This document shows, piece by piece, positions 26,228 through 40,439 of a stretch of 64,000 nt of DNA. The stretch lies in the NCBI RefSeq assembly GCF_009914755.1, contig NC_060929.1; one strand, 5' to 3'. Source of the stretch: the human T2T-CHM13v2.0 reference genome, Homo sapiens. The first letter of the stretch is position 1, and each line of letters opens with the position of its first letter. Both the position numbers and the translations under genes were made by a program. The notes beneath the pieces were generated by a model. The model was given only the letters and a program-made list of their open reading frames with translations, was not told the DNA's origin and did not search any database.

Positions 26228-28324
26228 GGCAGTTTTCTAATGATTGATTTCTGGGATCTCAAAATGTTAACTTTCCAAACTGACTTCAGTATATTCTAAG
26301 TTCTGTCCAAAAAATCCCTACCTTGAATTTTGAAAACTAAAATTTCAAAAGGTATGCTTTCCTATTTAGCTCTTCTCTGATATTTTTCCACAGTAATTAT
26401 GTCTCAGGTTTATATTCTGCTTCTATTTATCTGTGTTTTTGTGTGAGTGTGTGTGAATGGTTTATCAAATAAAAATAGGCTATCCCTTTGGTGTATTCAT
26501 TTCTATAGATTTCCAATATGCTTTTTTACGTTACTCATTTTTGTTGACATAGATTTCCTTCTATTTTACTGTTTCTATATAACCTCATAATATAGTTACG
26601 AGATATGAATTTAACATCAATCATATATACAAGGGTGGGGTAGGGTCTATGAAGTAGTTTAGAGTAGTCTTTGCCTAATAGTACCAACAATTCACTTTAT
26701 TTTATATTTGAAATATCCAGTGTATACTAGAAACATCAGGTACTGCCAGTGACGTGTTGGTTCAGAATTCTAGTTGTCTCAAATTGTCATGCTTAATAAT
26801 ATTTCAGCAATCCTTCTGTAGAATTTTAGAATGTAAATTCTAAATTTAGAATGAAGTTGACTAAATTATGTGGATTATATAAGAATCAGAACATCTGATT
26901 CTCTGAATTTGTTTATTGCTCATATTTTTTAAAATTCTTAAACTTTTAAATACATGTTTTGTATTGTTTCCAATTTAGTAGTATGTTTTGCACCATCATC
27001 TCAACAACTTACTTCAGAAAGCAGATAAATAATTGAGAAATATACCCCTCTCAGCAGTTCATTCATTCAGTAAGCTCCCCCACCCCCACCCCCGCCGGTT
27101 TCTTTCAGCTTTCTGTTGCACTTTTATCTTTTCAAAAGCGTTTCTGCAATTTCTCTATTGCTCTTTGATCTACCATTAAAGCAAGCATTGTTGCCATGTG
27201 TTTCTTTTTGGTATTCACAGATGTTTATCTCACCTTATTCAGCTTAAAAAAAAATCTTCCTCAAGCTTTTCATTATTCATTTTCTTTGTAGAGTTCAATC
27301 ATTTGTTCTCATTTGTGTGTTTCCACTGATAATAACGCAGTGTTAATTCTTCAGAATCACCCAAAACCTTTTCATCTTTGTCTTCTTTTTTAACCATTTT
27401 GGGGGGTTTTACACTTTTGTCATTTGCCTTTTCAGAATTTCATATTATCCTTTTGCCATGTTTCAATTTCATGCTACACTGAAGTTGTGACTCTTCTCAA
27501 GTCCCTTTTCTTTTTGTCATTATTTACTTTCCTTTATCTATTCCTGTTCTATTTTCAGCTTTTCATCTTACACCATTCCAAAATTGCATGGACATTTTCA
27601 CTATTGAACAAGTTTTGTTACCTTTTCACCTTCCTCTTCCTTGTTCTTGAGATGAGGTATACTGCCACTTTACTTAGTACAATTATCATTTAGGATTTTT
27701 ATGAAATTATACTTAATACTAGTTATAATTTCACTTATTTGCACTTTAATTTCCCATTTATGTCTTAAAATCAAATTTTATCTCCATTTTATTTCTATCC
27801 TAATTTACCATTTCATATGCTTTTTATATTTTTCTAGGATTATTTTAAATTAATTTTACTGTCTTGAAAATTTTCATGTTACTTATCTCTTCTTTTAAAA
27901 CATGTAGCATTTAGCCCCAAATCTTAATCTTTTTCCATATCTTTATGCTTTGATTTCATGTATTTCTGTCTTTCAACTAACATACACTAATAATATGAAG
28001 CATATTTTAGATTCAAATCCGCCTATACCTTTTAAAGCTACAATATAGAACAATAAAAACAAAAGAACCATTTTCATTACAAATATTATTAAAAATGTTT
28101 CCACAAGATAGTCCCTCCCATTGAATGTTCCATTACATTATATATACATATATATTTAATCCTTTTACCTATAACAAGAATAATAATTCTACTGGGCACT
28201 TACCATTCTGTAATGTGCTAGCAAAATAAAACTGTTGAGGAATAACTGACATTTTGTAGCATCAACAGAAATTTTCCTCATGAGGGTTTTTTCTTTAAAT
28301 TTATTATATCTATTCTCCCTTAAT

Positions 28325-28627
28325 TTTGTTTTGTTTTGTTTTGTTTTGAGATGGAATCTCCCTCTGTCACCCAGGCTGGAGTGCAGTGGCGCGATCTCGG
28401 CTCACTGCAAGCTCTGCCTTCCGGTTCACGCCATTCTCCTGCCTCAGCTTCCGGAGTAGCTGGAACTACAGGCGCCCACCACCACGCCCGGCTAATTTTT
28501 TGTGTTTTTAGTAGAGACAGGGTTTCACCGTGTTAGCTAGGATGGTCTCGATTTCCTGACGTTGTGATCCGCCCTCCTCGGCCTCCCAAAGTGCTGGGAT
28601 TACAGGCGTGAGCCACTGTGCCCGGCT
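28325..28627 (-). mobile_element. AluY, full length
   Basis: GCAAGCTCTGCC, TTCACGCCATTC, GTTAGCTAGGATGG; (TTTTG)n tail; TSD CTCCCTTAAT / CCCCCTTAAT. Confidence 0.96.
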
Positions 28628-28899
28628 CCCCCTTAATGTTTTAATAGGTAATATCTCCTTTTCCTAAAACCTTAAAGTGTCAAGGTTGGTTTTCAAAACC
28701 ACTTTATTAAGTGTATATTTCATGTCAGTGCGGTGATTTCATTTATGCAAGAAAAATCAAAGGTTCAAGATACTCAGTTGCTTCCAAAATTGTATGTCAA
28801 GTTTTAAGTCAATAGATGGTTCCTCCTTGAGTATGCCTCCTTCTCCTAAGATTTAATTACTATTTTCAATTTTTATTATTGATACTTTGCTTTCATTTA

Positions 28900-29335
28900 T
28901 AATTTTGCTGTGTAGTTATTTATAAATAAGATATTGTTTGGTTGTGCTTGCTTTTGGATTTTATGAAGATGTATCTCACTGTTTGTATTCTTCTATGACT
29001 TGCTTCTTTCATAGAGCCGTACGTCTATGTTCATACATGGATTTATCCATGTTCATACATGTAGCAATAGTTGGTTCATCTTCACTCTTGTATATTATTC
29101 CATTGGATGGAAATAGATATGTGTCTGGACACTTCTGATTTCTTTCTTTAGGAAAAATTCATACAAGTGAGATTATTTGGTCAAATATGGCTTATTTTTA
29201 ATGTTTGTGGTATTTACTGAAGATTTGTCCTCCAAAAGTTGTACAGTAATTAAAGCCATTTCCAGCCACTTTTGAGAACACCATTTCTATTCCTCTTCAC
29301 CAACACTGTGATTTTGCATTCTTTCTCATTTTTTA
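28900..29335 (-). mobile_element. L1ME-type 3' remnant
   Basis: GTATTCTTCTATGACTTGCTTCTTTC, GATTTATCCATGTT...ATGTAGC, TATTCCATTG, TCCTCTTCACCAACACT. Confidence 0.65.
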
Positions 29336-30504
29336 CATGTTAAATTCCAAAGCCATTTCCCTAAGAATTAGTTCATGACAATGTGAATGAAATTTCCTAG
29401 AGAAACCTTGTGCACTTAGCTATCAAGATATGATGTGAATGTTGTTCTACAATTTCTGCATCTGGGGAATACTGTTTAGATGTGATCAATGAATCTACAG
29501 TATCTTGGACATCAGCAAAAAAAAAAAAGAACACCAGACTTTGGGCTTTTACTATGAAGGAAATTGTTTTTACAAATCTAGGTTTGAGAGACACCAATTT
29601 GGTCCAATTTTATATCTGTTCATGTGAAAATGAACTGCAGTGTGCGACAGGCATTTATTTTCTGCCTAGACCTGCCTTCTGCTTTCTCCTATGACATTGA
29701 GACCCTTGTTAAATAGGTGACATCTTTCCAGAGGAAATGATTAAATAAAAAGGCTGCTTTGCCACCAGAATCATTCAAAATAAAAGCTTAGCATTCCTGT
29801 TAGAAGCTAGAAGAAGGGGAAAAAAACAAAACAAAACCAAATATTTCTGTTGATAATGAACTAATGTTGTTGGTGCATCAATAGAATTTTTCTCAGAAAC
29901 TTTGGGTTTTTTTTAAACACATTTTTCAAACTTATATTTAAAGTGTTAAATATGTTTCATCTTCAATTCCCCTTCCTCCATGTAAGATTTAATTATATCT
30001 TAAATTTTTCATTTATTAATTTTTTCCTTGTAGTTTGAGTTTGATTTTCAAAAGAGAGGCCAGATAATACATTCTCTAAGGGAAAAGAATCTGAGAAGTT
30101 GAGAAGACAGAGATGGGTTTTTTTTCTTGCCCGTCTTAGAGATCTTAGGAAAAAAAAAAAAAAACAAGAAAGGGAGCATGACAGCAGCAATCAGCTTAGA
30201 ACTTTCCCCAGGTAAGCATCAAAATGGAGTTACGGATCTTGATCTTCTGCTTCAACTATTTGTTTGAAAATTTCCCTTAATCTATGGTTGCCATGACTGA
30301 AGAAGCCCCTCCATGAATAACTCTATCATTAGATATTTCCATTTTAGAAAAATAACAAGAGGCTTCAAAAACCAAAGGATCACATTCACATTTTAAAATA
30401 CTTTGTAATTATTTTAACTTTGGTGTACTACAGTTCATATGAGGAGAAATCTCTACCAACCCAGAGTTGATCATATTCATTTTGGAGCATCCCTTTTTTG
30501 GATA

Positions 30505-30576
30505 ACGTATCCAAGCACCTAGAACCCAGCATGACACATAAAATGCATTGAACAAACATTTGTTTAATGAATGAAA
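30505..30576 (+). mobile_element. L2 3' terminus
   Basis: GTATCCAAGCACCTAGAAC...CACATA...AAACATTTGTTTAATGAATGAA. Confidence 0.7.
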
Positions 30577-30909
30577 AAACAGTAGATATCCAAACTACAT
30601 CCTTCCTTTAGGGCAATTGACACAGGTGCTCCAATGAATTTCTTCTCTTAAATCTTTAGCTCTTTAAGTGAGACTTAGTTAAACTAGAGGGGATTGCATG
30701 ATGCTCAACGTCAGTTTGCAGTGACCTTGGACTAAATGAACCAATACAGCTAGGTTTGAGGGATTTTGGTTTTTTGTTTCTTTGTTTGTTTGTTTTGGTA
30801 TGTATAGACCCACTGAGTGAATATCTTATCTCATTGAAAACTTTGACCCTTAACTCTGATTCTGGCCTCTCCATTTGCAAACACTAGGAAACTGATTGGG
30901 GCACATAGG

Positions 30910-31500
30910 CATTCACAGACTTTTACCTACAACTGAAAGAATGCTCAAGTTGACTAAAAAGTAAAGAAATGTATTGATTCTCTACAGGTAAGGGTTGATG
31001 CAGTAATTCAACAGTATTAACTAAAAAAAAAAAAAAAGTTTCTTACAGTTGTTTTGTATCTCTCTGCTCTGCCTTCTAGGTCATCAGCTTTCCTAAAATG
31101 AGCTCCTTTCTTTGTCACAGGAGGGCTATCAAGAGGAACAGCATTCTATACTTTTTCATTTTTGCCTAGCAAGAGAGAAAGCGATTTTCTTAGTCTAATG
31201 GTCAAAGCTATGTACTGTCCTTCACTCTCGTTTAGCCCATTTGTATCACATATTCATCCTTGAAAGCAGTCCAGTGGCCAGGGAAGTCTGTTCTTACTGG
31301 CTTAGACCTGATTGATACTGCACGACTTAAACAAAAACTGTGCTAAGAATGGTAGAATTACAATGATTGTCTAAGACTGAGAAAGATCTCCTCCCGAGAG
31401 TTCTAGGTGCAGTCAAGCCTGACAAATGGCCAGGCTGTTATATTAATAAAATTGGGAAAGTAAACTATGATGCTGATGAAGCAAGCATCAGTGTGCTCTA
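30910..31500 (-). mobile_element. Old MLT1-type LTR remnant
   Basis: CTCAAGTTGACTAAAAAGTAAAGAAATGTATTG, TCTCTCTGCTCTGCCTTC, TCACAT..TCATCCTTGAA...AGTGGCCAGGG; diverged. Confidence 0.45.
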
Positions 31501-31789
31501 CAGAGTTAAAGCAATGAGGGCCTTGATGACATATTGAGTAGTTTAGAAGTTATTATATACGTAAAATGTTTCAAGTGAACACTTCATCTAGGTCAGTATT
31601 TAGCCTGTTTGTAGTAGGCTGTAGGGACAGAATTAGGCATGAATGAACTATTGTCCCTGTTTTCTTGGAAACCACATTGTTATGTTACTCATGTGACCCA
31701 AACTATTAATACATTTTTTGAGGTGATACTAAGTCCAAACTATGAATCAAGTGTTGACATTAATAAGTTTTTTTCTGACATTCTTGAAA

Positions 31790-32030
31790 ATGATAAGAAT
31801 AATAGCTAACATTTAAGCTATGTTCCTGTTGCTAAACACTACACATAGATTATGTCATTTAATTTTCTTAACAGCCTTATGAAATGGGTGTTTTTCTCCA
31901 TTATGCAAACAAAGAAAGTTTGTTTCTTTCTTTGAGATTTAAGAAAGTTAAATAATTTGCCCAAACAGGCAGCAGATCCAGGATTCAAGGAAAATCTTTA
32001 AATCTATAAAATCTACACACTGAACCTCCA
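31790..32030 (-). mobile_element. MIR SINE
   Basis: AATAATAGCTAACATTTA, TCATTTAATTTTCTTAACAGCCTTATGA, AAGTTAAATAATTTGCCCAA, CCAGGATTCAA. Confidence 0.8.
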
Positions 32031-32269
32031 GATATGGTGATATTTGATAAAAAAATTATGTCTACTAGGTGCTGTGTGAATGATCATCAGCAGCCCCACA
32101 CCGATTTTAGGGGGAAAAAGATCAATTGAACTATAAACTTGACTTAATATACTTTTGAAGACCAATGCAGAAAACTTAGGAGAATATGTCAATAATTTGC
32201 ATGCAATCTTTAGAAGTGTGAGTGGTGGTTAGTTTTTAGTTCTGAAAATAGGTCCTGAAAATAAATTTA

Positions 32270-32495
<226 letters not shown>

Positions 32496-34469
32496 GGACC
32501 AGAATTTGGATTAAGTCCTAGGGAAGTGGGAGAGGAGAGAGCAGTGGGACAGACTGAGGAGACAGGAAGAAGTTTTCTCTTTATTAGTCATTGCTGTCTT
32601 GAAAGAGGCAAAGGAGAGCTAGCAAGTGATTTTGGCATACTCTACGAAATTATTTTGGTTAATGGAAACTTTGGGATTCTGGAAAAACTCCAAGTGGCTG
32701 TAAGCACTTTAGGGAATTGGATAGTACATGAAATATAACTTAGAAAAATGTGAAAAATAATGGATATTGGCCAAAATAGTCTTGAAACTCTTCTGTGCTC
32801 TGATGGGCTCTAATTTTGAATGGTCCTTTGAGGAAAAATGTTCAGGAGTCATCTTGTCTATCGTGGGCTCTTTAGACTTTATTCCTAGCACATGTCAGCA
32901 GTTAAAAGCCAGAAATAAGATGCCAGGTGCATTAAGAACAGCATAGAAAATACTTACAATATTATAAATTAATGACATGATCGAACAATGGCATACTACA
33001 GTATCTGGGATAAGGTATCCCTTTCCAGTTGCTTCAGCTTATAGTTGCCTAAGATGTATATTTAATTTTATAAGTGCCTAATCTTGTAGACAAAAGAGTA
33101 ACTTTAGAATTTTCCTCTGGTATTTAAACTTGGTAAGACGTAATATACTGGTCACCTTCTGTTGGCTTTTAAAAAGAGTGCTATTTCAAACAAAAGATCT
33201 GTGCACTTATGTTAAAAAAAATAGATTTGCATTTTCTGAAACTTTGGTTTTTCTGGTCAGAAATTCCAAGATTGCATGTAAGAGGGGCCCATTAATGTTC
33301 ACCTGTGCTTCACCTTCCCAGCCAGAAATACTATTAGAGTGATTGCCCTTATTTTGTAAAACATATCTGGAACATTAGTTTTTTTAAAAATCCATATGAG
33401 ATGGTTTCTGTTTCTTTTTTTTAGAGTTAAAACATTTTAGTCACCACTTGTTTGAGTGATTTCAACTCTTTGTATTCTCAAAATCTGAATGTGTCTACAA
33501 ACATAGCCTCCAATAAAATTGACCTTAGTCCAAATTAGAATTGAGTTGACCAAAATTTCAAGTCAGTGGAAGGTTTAAAGATTTTGGATTTCATTTTGAA
33601 CAGTTTCTAGTCTCAGATACATGCCTAAATGATGTGCAAGCATCAAGACGAAATGATAAAAACTTAGTTGAGTGTATAACATTTTGTCGACATGATATTC
33701 AAATCCTTGAATGAAGTTCTGCATATTTGGCCTTTCTGATCCACAGCCTTTCTCTACTATAAAAAGAAAATAAATTCATCACTACCAAGTGTCAATCTAG
33801 AGCCTCTTCATTAATATTAAATTATGTCTAGTTAGAGGTCAATAGGATAAATTACGTTGCTTTATTTTTAACAAGGTTAAAACTCTAACACCATTAATAA
33901 GACTACTAATTGTGCATGTTGATATAAGGCTGAGTGTAACCAAATCTTACCTTTATGGTAGATAGTAGCACAATGTCTTAGTTTATGCCCTTCCTTCTAT
34001 ATATAGCTACTGTGGCAACAGGAAACTAAAGATACTCAACTATACAACGAACCTACATTGTAGAGTTGGATTATTTTTTCCAATTGAGTTTTTCAAATTC
34101 ATTAATGGATTCTGTCATAGACTGAAAATGCTCATGTCTACTGGCAGTAGCCACAGTTGTGTCTTTAAGACACAGAGACCACAGCACCAGAGATCAGAAG
34201 CCCACTGATTTAGAAGTTACTTACTGTGGCCATTTACCCAGTTCCCTTTTTTTCAGTCATGAAATTAGTCAAAAAGTACAAAGCAATATGGTGTGCATGA
34301 TCTGATACCTTTCATTGAGTTTTATCACTCTTTGGTATATATTTAATTTTTCTCAGGGTTGAGGTCATAACCCAATATTAAGAAAAACAATAACCAATAA
34401 AAAAAACCCCAAAGATTTATCACTTGTTAAGCACCTCTTTTTGCCACTTGCTTTCTATGGAAACATGAA

Positions 34470-34655
34470 AAGCTGTGTAGCATAGTGGTTAAGCGAACTG
34501 GCTAGTTTTATAACCTGAAGATTGTTACTTAACCTCCATGTGCCTCAGTTTCCTCAACTGCAAAATGGGGACACTGGCAGTACCTTGAATTATTGGGATA
34601 ATAAAGCATAATGTTTAATGTGCCTCATAAATATAATTACATTATGTTATTATTT
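34470..34655 (+). mobile_element. MIR SINE
   Basis: TGTAGCATAGTGGTTAAG, TTACTTAACCTCCATGTGCCTCAGTTTCCTCAACTGCAAAATGGG. Confidence 0.85.
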
Positions 34656-35104
34656 TGAATTCTCACAAAAACATTGTAGGTAATTATTTCTAGGAAGGGG
34701 ATCGGATGACTTGATTATAACCCATAGCAGGGCTGCAGCTCAAACCCAAACCTTGCTGTTGCCTGAGCACACCTGTTGCTTCTGTATAACATGGAACCAA
34801 AGCCTAGAAAACAGGGGACCTGCCTGCACTGTTCTGCAAATTGACATTTAGGTGCTTAGTGAAGAAAATAATTGGTGACTGGCTCAATTTTTCTGTCTGT
34901 TTTCTGTGGACAATATTACATACATTTGTTCTAAAGGAAAAGTGTTAAATAGTTCAATAAGGTGTTTACAATGTGCTGTGCATTTTTCTAAAAGCTTTAT
35001 ATGGATTTAATTATTGAATCTTCACCCAAAAGATTAGTTAAGTAAATTGCTTAAAATCACACAGGAGGAAAGGGATAAATCTGGCGCTGTTCAATATTAA
35101 CTTT

Positions 35105-36000
<896 letters not shown>

Positions 36001-36314
36001 ATAATATGTTTTACATTGGATTCAGTTTATTGAATTTTTCAACTACCCCTTATGGAGACTGCTCTTATATTTATCCTGTTCATTTAAATGCAGTTATACT
36101 CACAATAATAAAGAGTAGAAAAGTAGTTAATCATGGAGTTTGAAACTTAGAAGTTCCTTCTTTTTATCGTTAACTGTGACAAAAAGCATAATGAGCTCGA
36201 TTCTCTCCACCAGAGTATTCACAGGCTTAATCTTGGGAAGATAAATCTGTAGAACCATAATATGTAAGACATCTTCATGGTTGCCTAGTCTAGTCATCTT
36301 TCCAAAATGTTTGG

Positions 36315-38415
36315 ATTCTGTGTGGTTACCGTTACCAGAGTTCTTCATTTCTTTATATGGCTTACAGTCGCTGCTTAGTGTCCTTTCACTTCAGCCTGAA
36401 AGAATTACTTTAGCATTTCTTGCAGGGCAGGCATAATAGTAACAGTACTCTCTCAGCTTTTGTTTTCCAGTTGGTAATGTTTTCATTTCTCTTTCATTTC
36501 ATGAAAGATAGCTTGGCTGGATGTACTACTCTTAGTTGACAGATTTTTTTTCTTTTATCACTTTAACAATATTATCTCATTCCCTTCTGACCTCCATGAT
36601 TTCTGATGAAATGTTTACTGTTAATCTTATTGAGGATACCTTGTATATGATGAGTCACTTCTCTCTTACTACTTTCAAGATTTTCTCTGTGTTCTTTGCT
36701 TTAGATAATTTGACTATTATGTGTCTTGTGGATCTCTTTGCATTTATCCTTCTTGGAGTTCATTGACTCTTTGTGTGTAGATTAATGTATTTTATCAAAT
36801 TTTGAAAGTTAGGGCTTTTTTAATATTCTTTCTATTAACTTCTTCCCCTTAAGATATCATGCGTGTGTTAGTACAGTTAATGGTATCTCACAAATCTCTT
36901 AGGTTTTGTTCATTTTTATTCATTTATTTTTCTTTCTGCTTCTAAGACTGAATGATTTCAATTGGTATACCTTCGGGTTCAAAGAACCTTTCTTCTGCCC
37001 TCTCAAAACTGCTATTGAAACTTTCCAGTAAATTTTTTATTTTGGTCGTCGTGCTTTTTAGTTCCAGAATTTTTGCTGTGTTCCATTTTATAAATTTGCA
37101 TATTTTATTGTTATTTTTATTCTCTATTTGTCCATACATCATTCTCTTGTTTCCTTGTTTTTGTTCTTTTTGACACTTTATCCATGGTTTTTCTTACCTC
37201 ATTGAACATATTTAAGACAGTAAATTTAAAATCTTTCTCTAGTAAGTACAATGCATGTGTTTCTTCAGGGATAGTCACTGTTAGTTTCCTCTATGAATTA
37301 GTCAAAGTTTCTTGAAAACTGAATATTTCGAATATTATAATGTGTAAGCTAACTCTGGAAATCAGACTTCTTTCCCCTATACAGGGTTTGTTTTTGTTTC
37401 TACAGCTTTAGGCTGTAGCTGTTTGTTTAATGACTTTTCTAAAATATTTATTATAAAGTCTGTAATCTTTGTCTGAAATCTTTGTTCCTTCAGCTTGCTG
37501 TCAGGTAGAATTTAAGAGATTTTTCTTGTAGTCTTTGGGGGCCAGAAGGTGAGAGAGACAGAGAGAGAGAGAGAAAGAGAAAGAGAGAATGAAAGGATAA
37601 AAATAAAATAAAATAAAGGGAGAGAGAAAGAAAAAACAAAAACATTTCCCAGTCTATGCAAGTTGGCTCTGCTCTGAGACTTGTTTAGTTTCTTAGCCAG
37701 TCCATTTACAACTTTGCCTTAGCCTTCAGTTTTTGTTTGAATTAAGCTTAGAGATCATTCAGGGATGAAAGCTTACTGTCTTGTGAGGTCTTTTCTGAGC
37801 AAGCACATGGCTTTTTTAAATTCTGAAGTATACACAGGAAATCTTAAATACTCCAATTGTTTTAAAGAAACTCACTCTCCAGGTTTTCCTCCCAGACCTT
37901 TCATTGCTCTATTTTACACCTCAATCACTATTTTCGCCTCAGGTGGCTATGGGTTGATCATTTGCCTTACACCATTTTTGAGGAATAACTGCTGGTTTTC
38001 CATCCTACATGAGTTCTAGGTTAGGTGAAACAAAGATAAGTACCTTGCATTGGTGCTTCAGGTAGAATCCAGACAGATTAGAACAGACAAACATAATTCA
38101 TTGGGAATAAGGTCTGTTCTGTTCTCTCTGTATCCAGCGACCAGGGTCCAACACTGGGAATGTGGGTTGCCATCTTCAATACCGTTATCAAGCTTGAGAA
38201 AGTTGTGTGGCAAATACAAATGCCACAAAACTCTCTTACCTTTTTTGTTTGTTTGCCTTTTATTTTTGATTCACCATTTGCTTGGTTGCTGCAAACCTTT
38301 AACTGTTTTCCAGAGTTCTACCAAATTTGATTCTGATAGTTTTGCTTGTTTTTTTGATGTTTCCATGGAGGGATGGGCCCTTGGAGCTGCCTACTCCATT
38401 TTCACTGACATCACT
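36315..38415 (-). mobile_element. Ancient L1M (L1MC/MD-like) 5' UTR plus ORF1 remnant
   Basis: Minus-strand ORF 36942-37142 reads KNLLESFNSSFERAEER..EIIQS (L1 ORF1p coiled coil); PALQEMLK near 36410-36430; 5' terminus GTGATGTCAGTGAAAATGGAGTAGG. Internal (GA)n/(TAAAA)n at about 37550-37630. Confidence 0.88.
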
Positions 38416-38444
38416 CTGGTTACATAGATTTTTAAATTATGTAT

Positions 38445-38722
38445 TTATTTTTGATACAGGCTTTCACTGTCACCCAGGCTAGAATGCAGTGGTATGATCA
38501 TGGCTCACTGCAGCCCCACGCTCAAGCAATCCTCCCACCTCAGCCTCCCGAGTAGCTGGGACTCCGGGTGCATCACCATCCCTGGCTAATCATTTAATTT
38601 TTTTGTAGAGACAGGGTCTCCCTGTGTTGCCCACGTTTGTCTCCAACTCCTGGGCTCAAGTGATCCCCCTGCTTCAGCCACCCAAACTTCCCAGATGACA
38701 AGTATGAACCACTGTACCTGGC
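38445..38722 (-). mobile_element. AluJ
   Basis: J diagnostics GATCATGGCTCACTGCAGCC, CAATCCTCCCACC, CTCCTGGGCTCAAG; TSD AGATTTTTAAAT(T)TATGTAT. Confidence 0.94.
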
Positions 38723-38799
38723 AGATTTTTAAATTTATGTATGATGGAATAATATTACATATGTCATACAGTGTATATGTATCATATAACATATAGAAT

Positions 38800-39250
38800 A
38801 TAACATTAATAAAATTAATAAAGAGCATTAAAAATGAGAAACACAGTGAAGATATTTGCAAAATATGTGAGAGACAAATTATTAATGTCCAGAATTCACA
38901 AATTACTTCCAGTAAGAAGAAAACAAACTAATAGACAAATTGGACAGAGGATGTGAACATGCAATTAAGCATTAATTAAAATTAACAAAATTTAACAAAA
39001 GCAGCAAGAATAATACCAACACACCTCTCTCTAGCCATGTGTACCTACATATGTATAGCAGTATAGAAAATAGCCAAACAGGATAAACACTAAAATGAAG
39101 GTAGTGGTTACCTGTTACCCAAAAGAGTAAGACTTGGCAGTTGAGGGGAAACGTTTTGTTTTTTTAAATAAAAGATGACTATATTAATATATTATTTGTG
39201 ATATAGAAACAGTCTAAGAACTATACTGAAATGTATTAAAAGTATTAATA
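38800..39250 (+). mobile_element. L1ME remnant (probable continuation of 35105-36000)
   Basis: GAAGATATTTGCAAAATAT..GACAAA.TATTAATGTCCAGAAT, TGGACAGAGGATGTGAACATGCAATT, GTAGTGGTTACC. Confidence 0.65.
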
Positions 39251-39597
39251 AAAATATGACTCATTATCCTACTATAAGCCTCTGTTTTCAGAGTTTCATG
39301 GTTCTTTCTAGACTAAGTGTTTAACCAATGTTGTATAATGATAATCAAAATATATTTACAATTTTGTTCTGCCTATATTATGAGTACCTCTATGTTGTTT
39401 ATTATTCATGACTTATATTTTTGATGTTTGCATAGACTCAAACATATTTGGAACTAGGATGGAAATAAATAAGAACAAAAATTAAATTTGCATAGTTCTC
39501 CACTAAGTGAAAGCAGTACAATTCTTTAAACCACTAGTTACTCATGGACATTTGGGCACCTGGCTGAATCTTTTATTTTTTATATAGCAGAATTGGA

Positions 39598-39900
39598 AGC
39601 CAGACACGGTGGTTCACGCCTGTAATCCCAGCACTTTGGGAGGCCAAGGCAGGAGGATCATTTCAGGTCAGGAGTTCGAGATGAGCCTGGCCAACATGGT
39701 GAAACCCAGTCTCTACTAAAAATACAAAAATTAGCTGGGCGTGGTGGCACACCCTTGTAATTCCAGCTACTCAGGAGGCTGAGGCTCGACAATCACTTGA
39801 ACCTGGGAAGCAGAGGTTGCTGTGAGCTGAGATCACACCACTGCACTCCAGCCTGGGTGACAGAGGAAGACTCCATCTCAATAATAATAATAATAATAAT
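39598..39900 (+). mobile_element. AluS, full length
   Basis: Full dimer, (AAT)n tail, TSD AATTGGAA on both sides. Confidence 0.97.
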
Positions 39901-40439
39901 AATTGGAACCCAGAGAAGTTATGTTTGTTGTTTTACTTAGTATACTTTGGGTATGTCAGAGCTAGAGCCAGGGCCCAGATCTGTTGAGGCTCTTATGATA
40001 CTCTGTCATTCATCACATTTTAAGAGAATAGGGATTATAGAGAAAGGAACAATGTCTAAAGGACAAGGTAGATGAAAAATGTAATTCTGGCTTTTGCAGG
40101 TGAAAAGCTCCATATTGCTGGGCTTAAGGTCCAAAATTCTAGGAAGATGCTTTGAACACTTAGGGAAAGTAGTGAGAATATACTTAAGCTCAGCATTGTT
40201 TAATGAAAAGCTTGTAATGTCAGACTCAAACCAATTTATTTCTTAGAGTAACTGGAAGGATAGATAGAGTGAATTCCTTTGGGATTCTTGAAGACTAGAT
40301 AGAGGAATAAGAACTGCGTGCCAGGTGGATTAAAATATGGTCTTACCGAAAGGAATGCTAATGTGATAAATCTGTACAATAAGCTGATCGAAAGAACATA
40401 GGGGGAGGGGAGAGGAAAGGCATGTGTCTCTATTACACA

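Noticed and set aside
27150-28000. Long T-rich strand-asymmetric tract with hydrophobic ORF 27424-27693
   Set aside because: Probably a highly decayed antisense L1/HAL1 or low-complexity DNA; the F/L-rich ORF follows from base composition and I cannot support a family call.
34037-34068. Hairpin CAACTATACAA / TTGTAGAGTTG as a possible pre-miRNA
   Set aside because: Stem is only 11 bp with a mismatch, far shorter than a miRNA precursor.
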